From assembly GCF_003966335.1 (NCBI RefSeq), contig NZ_CP034549.1, positions 2,700,001 to 2,732,000 on the forward strand: 32,000 nt of DNA, in the 5' to 3' direction. The position numbers and the translations under genes are program-made. This document shows positions 26,279 through 32,000 of the stretch, piece after piece. The notes beneath the pieces are model-generated. The model worked only from the letters and a program-made list of their open reading frames with translations. It had not been told where the DNA came from and did no database searches. The DNA is from Nonlabens ponticola. GTDB taxonomy: Bacteria; Bacteroidota; Bacteroidia; Flavobacteriales; Flavobacteriaceae. Each line of letters begins with the position of its first letter. The first letter of the stretch is position 1.

Positions 26279-27565
26279 CTAAATCTGGAACGCTTTACGT
26301 CCAGGAAAGTAGGCTGAATCATTCAATTCTTCCTCAATCCTAAGTAGCTGATTGTACTTTGCCATACGATCAGATCTTGAGGCAGATCCAGTTTTTATCT
26401 GTCCAGTACCTAGGGCAACTGCAAGGTCTGCAATGGTATTATCCTCAGTCTCACCACTGCGGTGTGACATTACAGATGTAAAGCCTGCTTTATGGGCCAT
26501 ACTAACCGCAGCGATGGTCTCGCTGAGTGTCCCTATCTGATTCACTTTAATCAAGATGCTGTTTGCAATATTTTCCTTGATACCACGAGAGAGTCTCTCA
26601 ACGTTAGTCACAAAAAGATCATCGCCTACCAGCTGTACCTTATCACCTATAAGATCGGTGACCATTTTCCAGCCATCCCAATCATTCTCATCCATTCCAT
26701 CCTCGATAGAGATGATAGGATATTTACTGGCTAGTTGTGCTAGATATTCTGCCTGCTGTTGGCTTGTGCGCTTAACGCCAGTGTCTCCTTCAAACTTGGT
26801 ATAATCATACATGCCATCCACGTAAAACTCTGCAGCGGCACAATCAAGAGCGATCATCACTTGCTCACCTGGTGTATATCCAGCATTTTTGATAGCTAGT
26901 AATATTGTGTCAAGGGCATCTTCAGTTCCATCTAGTGTAGGTGCAAATCCACCTTCATCTCCTACTGCAGTGCTTAATCCACGATCATGCAATACTTTCT
27001 TTAGATGGTGAAAAATCTCGGTACCCATTTTTAATGCCTGACTAAAGCTATCTGCTTCCACTGGCATCACCATAAATTCTTGAAATGCAATGGGCGCATC
27101 ACTGTGGGAACCACCGTTGATAATGTTCATCATAGGTACCGGCAAGGTTGCTGCACTCATACCGCCGATGTATTTGTATAATGGCTGGTTGAGTTCATTA
27201 GCGGCCGCCTTTGCAACTGCAAGAGATACTCCTAGAATCGCATTAGCTCCCAACTTAGCTTTATTAGATGTGCCATCCAGATCGATCATGGTTTGATCAA
27301 TATAGCTTTGCTCAAATACGGATACTCCACGCAATTCATCTGCAATGGCAGTATTTACATTGTTTATAGCATTCTTGACACCTTTACCCATGTAATCGCT
27401 ACCGCCGTCACGCAACTCGACAGCTTCATGCTCACCTGTCGACGCTCCTGATGGCACGGCTGCTCTACCCATGATACCATTTGCTGTTATTACATCAACT
27501 TCTACCGTTGGGTTACCTCGAGAATCAAAAATTTGTCTCGCGTGTATATCTATAATTGTACTCAT
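26279..27565 (-). CDS. eno: Enolase (phosphopyruvate hydratase)
   Basis: [25 protein letters not shown], signature [12 protein letters not shown] and SHRSGETED. The start overlaps the carA stop (ATGA). Confidence 0.96.
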   Translation of the reverse strand: MSTIIDIHARQIFDSRGNPTVEVDVITANGIMGRAAVPSGASTGEHEAVELRDGGSDYMGKGVKNAINNVNTAIADELRGVSVFEQSYIDQTMIDLDGTSNKAKLGANAILGVSLAVAKAAANELNQPLYKYIGGMSAATLPVPMMNIINGGSHSDAPIAFQEFMVMPVEADSFSQALKMGTEIFHHLKKVLHDRGLSTAVGDEGGFAPTLDGTEDALDTILLAIKNAGYTPGEQVMIALDCAAAEFYVDGMYDYTKFEGDTGVKRTSQQQAEYLAQLASKYPIISIEDGMDENDWDGWKMVTDLIGDKVQLVGDDLFVTNVERLSRGIKENIANSILIKVNQIGTLSETIAAVSMAHKAGFTSVMSHRSGETEDNTIADLAVALGTGQIKTGSASRSDRMAKYNQLLRIEEELNDSAYFPGRKAFQI

Positions 27566-28680
27566 ATTGTTTCTTGTTTAGTTGTATTGATTAATTCTAT
27601 AAATTGGTCAAAAAGATAGGTCGCGTCATTAGGACCTGGTCCAGCTTCTGGGTGATATTGAACAGAAAAGCATGGTTTTGAAATTAGTTTTATACCAGCC
27701 ACTGTATCATCATTAAGATGCATGTGTGTTATTTTGACATCAGGATTGCTCTGTGCTTCCTCTTTATTGATGGCAAATCCATGATTTTGTGAGGTAATCT
27801 CACCTTTATTATTTTCAAGATTTTGTACCGGATGATTGATTCCTCTATGACCGGTGTGCATTTTATAGGTACTGATCCCATTTGCAAGGGCTATCACTTG
27901 ATGACCCAAGCATATTCCAAATAGTGGATGTTGTTTTTCTAGTACCGCTTTCGCGAAAGCTACCGCATCGACCAGCGGTGCAGGATCACCAGGACCGTTT
28001 GAAATGAAGTAACCGTCTGGGTTGAATGATAAAGTTTCCTCATAAGTCGCATTAAAAGGGAAAACCTTGATATAGCAATCCCTAGAAGCTAGGTTGCGCA
28101 AGATATTGGTTTTAACTCCAAGGTCTAAAGCTGCAATGCGATATTGAGCATTTTCATCACCAAAGTAATAGGGCTCTTTAGTGGATACAGCGCTAGCCAA
28201 CTCTAGACCTTTCATGGACGGTGTATCATTCAATTGCTTCTTGAGTTGATCAACGTCATTTACCTGCGTGGACATGATGGCATTTTGAGCTCCATGATCC
28301 CTTATGTGACTGACCAATGCACGAGTATCAACATCTGAAATGATACATAAGTTATTGTCTTCCAAAAACTCAAAAAGTCCTTTATCAGCTGCCGGTCGTG
28401 AGAAATCACTAGAGAAGTTTTTACAAACTAGTCCTGCAATCTTGACCGAATCTGACTCTATATCAAAATCAGTAGTGCCGTAATTACCTATATGAGCATT
28501 TGTAGTGACCATGATCTGCCCATAGTACGATGGATCTGTAAAGATCTCCTGATAACCAGTCGTTCCTGTATTAAAACAAATCTCACCAGTTGCGTGATTC
28601 TGGGTGCTTACCATCTTACCATGAAATATGGTACCATCTTGTAACAGAATGATCGCGTCTTTTTTTTCTAAATATGCCAT
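27562..28680 (-). CDS. carA: Carbamoyl-phosphate synthase small (glutaminase) subunit
   Basis: N-terminal CPSase small-chain domain plus the class I amidotransferase triad context GICLGHQ and ..QYHPEA. Confidence 0.92.
   Translation of the reverse strand: MAYLEKKDAIILLQDGTIFHGKMVSTQNHATGEICFNTGTTGYQEIFTDPSYYGQIMVTTNAHIGNYGTTDFDIESDSVKIAGLVCKNFSSDFSRPAADKGLFEFLEDNNLCIISDVDTRALVSHIRDHGAQNAIMSTQVNDVDQLKKQLNDTPSMKGLELASAVSTKEPYYFGDENAQYRIAALDLGVKTNILRNLASRDCYIKVFPFNATYEETLSFNPDGYFISNGPGDPAPLVDAVAFAKAVLEKQHPLFGICLGHQVIALANGISTYKMHTGHRGINHPVQNLENNKGEITSQNHGFAINKEEAQSNPDVKITHMHLNDDTVAGIKLISKPCFSVQYHPEAGPGPNDATYLFDQFIELINTTKQETI
27947..27960. repeat. GCTTTCGCGAAAGC palindrome, copy 8 (inside carA)
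   Basis: Read directly. Translated on the minus strand as A-F-A-K-A. Confidence 0.95.
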
Positions 28681-28684
28681 AATT

Positions 28685-28692
28685 CAAAATTA
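28685..28692 (-). promoter_or_regulatory. Bacteroidetes -7 promoter element (TAATTTTG on the minus strand) for carA-eno
   Basis: Exact TAnnTTTG match ending 4 nt before the carA ATG, located just downstream of the rplQ terminator. Confidence 0.45.
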
Positions 28693-28698
28693 AAATAT

Positions 28699-28733
28699 AA
28701 AAAAAGGATCAATGAACGAGCCATTGATCCTTT
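28699..28733 (-). terminator. Rho-independent terminator after rplQ
   Basis: 12-bp stem aaaggatcaatg / cattgatccttt with a 7-nt loop. On the minus strand it is followed by a T-run of about 7 nt. Confidence 0.8.
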
Positions 28734-28754
28734 ATTAAATTGTTATGAAGATTT

Positions 28755-29231
28755 TTATTCTTCTTCATTGCTTTTTTCAGTTGCAGTTTCTACTGGAGCG
28801 ACTGCTGGTTTTGACTTACCACGACGACTTCTTCTTGTCGTCTTTTTGTTTGCCTCACCTGGCTTATAAAGCTCGTTGTAATCAACTAATTCTATCATCG
28901 CCATATCTGCATTATCACCAAGACGATTACCCAATTTGATGATTCTGGTATATCCACCTGGACGATCACCAACCTTTGCACTAACTTCTCTAAAAAGCTC
29001 GGTTACCGCATCCTTACTGCGCAGCTTTGCAAAAGTCAATCTGCGGTTGTGAGTGGTATCTTCTTTTGACTTAGTTATTAGAGGCTCTACAAATTGCTTA
29101 AGTGCTTTAGCTTTTGCAACTGTTGTATTAATTCTCTTGTGCTCTATAAGGGAACAAGCCATGTTAGAAAGCATCGCCTGACGGTGAGCTGTCTTCCTGC
29201 TTAAATGATTTACTTTTTTTCCGTGTCTCAT
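28755..29231 (-). CDS. rplQ: 50S ribosomal protein L17
   Basis: [25 protein letters not shown].. is a canonical L17 N terminus, and the gene sits downstream of rpoA. Confidence 0.95.
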   Translation of the reverse strand: MRHGKKVNHLSRKTAHRQAMLSNMACSLIEHKRINTTVAKAKALKQFVEPLITKSKEDTTHNRRLTFAKLRSKDAVTELFREVSAKVGDRPGGYTRIIKLGNRLGDNADMAMIELVDYNELYKPGEANKKTTRRSRRGKSKPAVAPVETATEKSNEEE

Positions 29232-29260
29232 TATATATTCTTTTCTCCAACTAGGATTAC

Positions 29261-30253
29261 CTAGTCACGGTCTAATTTATATTTAGAAAGATCCATTCCA
29301 AAGTTCAAACCTTTCACGTTTACCAGTTCTTCTAACTCAGTCAATGATTTTTTACCAAAGTTTCTAAACTTCATTAAATCATTCTTGTTGTAAGATACTA
29401 GGTCGCCTAATGTCTCAACTTCTGCGGCTTTCAAACAGTTTAATGCTCTAACAGAAAGTTCCATATCAACAAGCTTAGTTTTAAGCAATTGTCTCATATG
29501 AAGACTTTCTTCATCATAAGTTTCTGTCTGTGCGATCTCATCAGCTTCAAGTGTTATTCTCTCATCAGAGAACAACATAAAGTGGTGAATCAACGTCTTG
29601 GCAGCCTCAGTCAATGCATGCTTAGGGTGAATACTACCGTCAGTAACGATTTCAAAAACTAATTTTTCGTAGTCGGTCTTCTGCTCTACACGATAGTTCT
29701 CGATGCTATACTTTACATTTTTGATTGGTGTAAAGATGCTGTCAACCGCGATGGTACCTAATGCTGCACTTGAGTTTTTATTCTCTTCTGCAGGAACATA
29801 ACCACGACCTTTCTCGATGGTTAATTCTAAGTTCAAATTGATTGAAGACTCTGTATTGCAAATCACCATTTCTGGGTTCAACACTTGAAAGCCAGAAATA
29901 TATTTTTGCATATCACCTGCAGTAAATTGATCTTTACCAGAGAATGATACATTAACAACCTCACTGTCAACCTCGTCAATTTGACGACGGAAGCGAACTT
30001 GCTTAAAATTCAAAATGATTTCGGTGACATCTTCTACAACACCTTCAATTGTTGAGAATTCGTGATCGACACCTTCTATACGAATAGAAGTAATCGCAAA
30101 ACCTTCAAGAGAAGAAAGTAGTACACGACGCAATGCGTTACCAACTGTCAATCCATATCCAGGTTCCAAAGGTCTAAATTCAAACTTACCTTCAAAATCG
30201 GTTGAATCGATCATGATTACTTTATCCGGCTTTTGGAAATTTAAAATTGCCAT
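29261..30253 (-). CDS. rpoA: DNA-directed RNA polymerase alpha subunit
   Basis: 330 aa. The N-terminal domain contains ..[11 protein letters not shown].. and the C-terminal domain contains ..[10 protein letters not shown]... The position between rpsD and rplQ is conserved. Confidence 0.96.
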   Translation of the reverse strand: MAILNFQKPDKVIMIDSTDFEGKFEFRPLEPGYGLTVGNALRRVLLSSLEGFAITSIRIEGVDHEFSTIEGVVEDVTEIILNFKQVRFRRQIDEVDSEVVNVSFSGKDQFTAGDMQKYISGFQVLNPEMVICNTESSINLNLELTIEKGRGYVPAEENKNSSAALGTIAVDSIFTPIKNVKYSIENYRVEQKTDYEKLVFEIVTDGSIHPKHALTEAAKTLIHHFMLFSDERITLEADEIAQTETYDEESLHMRQLLKTKLVDMELSVRALNCLKAAEVETLGDLVSYNKNDLMKFRNFGKKSLTELEELVNVKGLNFGMDLSKYKLDRD

Positions 30254-30274
30254 AAAAATTTTGTGGTTTAGTTA

Positions 30275-30880
30275 TTATTTAGAATACAATTCAACTATCA
30301 ACTGCTCCTTGATATTTTCAGGGATTTGAAGACGCTCAGGTACTGCTACAAAAGTACCAGACATTGTAGCCTTATTGAAAGTTATAAAGTCGTATACATG
30401 CTCGTTGCTAGAAAGAGCATCGTCAATTGCAGTTAAAGATTTTGATTTCTCACGTACTGCAACTACATCACCAGCCTGTAGCTGATAAGAAGGAATATTA
30501 ACCAACTGTCCATTAACAGTAATGTGTCTGTGTGACACCAGTTGTCTAGCACCACGACGAGAACGAGAAATACCCATGCGGTACACCACATTATCTAATC
30601 TAGATTCTGCTAATTGAAGTAGGACTTCACCTGTGATTCCTGTGCTACGAACAGCTTTTTCAAACATCAAGCGGAATTGCTTCTCTAAAATACCATAAGT
30701 GTATTTTGCTTTTTGCTTCTCTTTAAGCTGAACCGCGTATTCAGATTCTTTTCCACGGCGTCTTGCGTTACCGTGCATTCCTGGAGGATAATTTTTCTTC
30801 TCCAATGCCTTACTAGGGCCAAAAATTGGTTCTCTAAATCGACGAGCAATTTTTGCCTTAGGACCTCTATATCTTGCCAT
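30275..30880 (-). CDS. rpsD: 30S ribosomal protein S4
   Basis: [15 protein letters not shown].. followed by an S4 RNA-binding domain. Confidence 0.96.
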   Translation of the reverse strand: MARYRGPKAKIARRFREPIFGPSKALEKKNYPPGMHGNARRRGKESEYAVQLKEKQKAKYTYGILEKQFRLMFEKAVRSTGITGEVLLQLAESRLDNVVYRMGISRSRRGARQLVSHRHITVNGQLVNIPSYQLQAGDVVAVREKSKSLTAIDDALSSNEHVYDFITFNKATMSGTFVAVPERLQIPENIKEQLIVELYSK

Positions 30881-30964
30881 TTTCTTGTTGTTTAGTTGTT
30901 GATGTACTGTGAATTCAGGTCAATATCCTTCAGCAGCCAATAATCAACAGATATTTATAATTAA

Positions 30965-31354
30965 TTATACTCTACGACGCTTAGGTGCTCTACAACCATT
31001 GTGAGGCAGTGGAGTCACATCTATAATTTCAGTCACCTCGATACCTGCATTGTGAATTGTGCGAATAGCACTTTCACGACCGTTACCTGGACCTTTAACA
31101 TAGGCTTTCACCTTACGTAAACCTGCCTCATGAGCTACTTTAGATGCATCTTCTGCAGCTAATTGTGCTGCATAAGGAGTATTCTTCTTAGAACCTCTGA
31201 AACCCATTTTACCAGCAGAAGACCATGAGATAACCTCACCTTTCTTATTGGTTAAAGAAATAAGGATATTGTTGAATGATGAAGAAATGTGCGCCTCACC
31301 AATTGAATCAACAACGACTTTACGTTTTTTAGATACTGTTTTAGACTTTGCCAT
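30965..31354 (-). CDS. rpsK: 30S ribosomal protein S11
   Basis: ..[14 protein letters not shown].. and a C-terminal ..[12 protein letters not shown]. Confidence 0.96.
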   Translation of the reverse strand: MAKSKTVSKKRKVVVDSIGEAHISSSFNNILISLTNKKGEVISWSSAGKMGFRGSKKNTPYAAQLAAEDASKVAHEAGLRKVKAYVKGPGNGRESAIRTIHNAGIEVTEIIDVTPLPHNGCRAPKRRRV

Positions 31355-31362
31355 ATCAAATA

Positions 31363-31737
31363 TTATTTAGTTGCTTTCTTCTTGTTAGCAACTGTCTTAC
31401 GCTTACCTTTTCTTGTACGCGAATTGTTCTTAGTTCTTTGACCTCTTAACGGAAGACCAGATCTGTGACGGATACCACGATAACAGCCGATGTCCATCAA
31501 ACGTTTGATATTCATTTGCGTTTCTGATCTCAGCTCACCTTCAATAGTAAACTCGCCTATCGCGTTACGTATCTTACCGATCTCATCATCATCCCAATCA
31601 CTTACTTTTTTATCTAAACCGACACCAGTTGACTGAAGTACTTCTTGAGCACGACTTCTACCTACACCGTAGATATAAGTTAGGGCGATCTCGCCTCTTT
31701 TATTTTTTGGTATGTCTACACCTGCAATTCTTGCCAT
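31363..31737 (-). CDS. rpsM: 30S ribosomal protein S13
   Basis: [14 protein letters not shown].., [20 protein letters not shown]. Confidence 0.96.
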   Translation of the reverse strand: MARIAGVDIPKNKRGEIALTYIYGVGRSRAQEVLQSTGVGLDKKVSDWDDDEIGKIRNAIGEFTIEGELRSETQMNIKRLMDIGCYRGIRHRSGLPLRGQRTKNNSRTRKGKRKTVANKKKATK

Positions 31738-31740
31738 AAC

Positions 31741-31857
31741 TTAACCTTGTCTTTGTTTAAATTTTGGGTTCTTTTTGTTGATCACATAAAGGCGACCCTT
31801 GCGACGCACGATCTTACAATCGGCGCTTCTCTTTTTAATTGATGCTCTTACTTTCAT
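31741..31857 (-). CDS. rpmJ: 50S ribosomal protein L36 (38 aa; absent from the ORF track)
   Basis: Hand translation of the minus strand gives [38 protein letters not shown]. Confidence 0.93.
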   Translation of the reverse strand: MKVRASIKKRSADCKIVRRKGRLYVINKKNPKFKQRQG

Positions 31858-31859
31858 AA

Positions 31860-32000
31860 TTAGTATCTATAAGTGATCCTTGCTTTCGTCAAATCGTAAG
31901 GACTCATTTCTAATTTTACTTTATCTCCTGGTAATAGTTTGATATAATGCATACGCATTTTACCAGATATGTGTGCTGTGACAACATGTCCATTTTCAAG
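31860..32000 (-). CDS. infA: Translation initiation factor IF-1, 3' portion (runs off the window edge)
   Basis: Hand translation of the minus strand gives ..[46 protein letters not shown] followed by a stop. Confidence 0.9.
   Translation of the reverse strand, partial: LENGHVVTAHISGKMRMHYIKLLPGDKVKLEMSPYDLTKARITYRY

Noticed and set aside
26125-26343. A 72-aa plus-strand ORF spanning the protease/eno intergenic region.
   Set aside because: It is AT-rich and low-complexity, runs through the terminator-like hairpin and palindrome copy 7, and overlaps the 3' end of eno. Nothing supports it as coding.
1-32000. A search for mobile elements, prophage, toxin-antitoxin pairs, restriction-modification or other defence systems, CRISPR arrays, tRNA or rRNA genes and riboswitch-like leaders.
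   Set aside because: No integrase, transposase, nuclease or methyltransferase motifs were found, and there are no arrays of repeats and spacers. The intergenic regions are short (260 nt or less) and are accounted for by promoters, terminators and REP-like hairpins.

Overview
This looks like a chromosomal segment of a Flavobacteriia-type Bacteroidota genome. Support: a T9SS C-terminal sorting domain, Bacteroidetes TAnnTTTG promoter motifs, a Lacal_2735-like small protein, and the infA-rpmJ-rpsM-rpsK-rpsD-rpoA-rplQ-carA-eno gene order. The window is densely coding and mostly housekeeping: argS, gltA, eno, carA, the tail of a ribosomal protein/rpoA operon, rlmF, a DEAD-box helicase and an Skp-like chaperone.

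Four accessory-looking modules are interspersed:
- an HMA / NHL-lipoprotein / HMA-MauE metal cluster at the left edge;
- an ABC ATPase followed by a 1222-aa ABC-2 permease fused to an M1 zinc peptidase;
- a DDAH-like plus CtlX-like guanidino-hydrolase pair;
- a DUF4198 protein with a very long His-rich insert, followed by a HupE/UreJ-type metal permease.
There is also a 1743-aa T9SS-secreted metzincin.

I found no rRNA, tRNA, CRISPR array, integrase, transposase or recognisable defence system. The most unusual signal is at the DNA level, not a gene. The perfect 14-nt palindrome GCTTTCGCGAAAGC occurs 8 times in 32 kb, against a random expectation of about 1e-4. Five of the copies lie inside unrelated genes and are read in two different frames, which resembles the behaviour of HIP1 in cyanobacteria. 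Several ORF-track starts appear over-extended and are corrected below. Three genes missing from the track were found: a 54-aa ORF, rpmJ and a partial infA.
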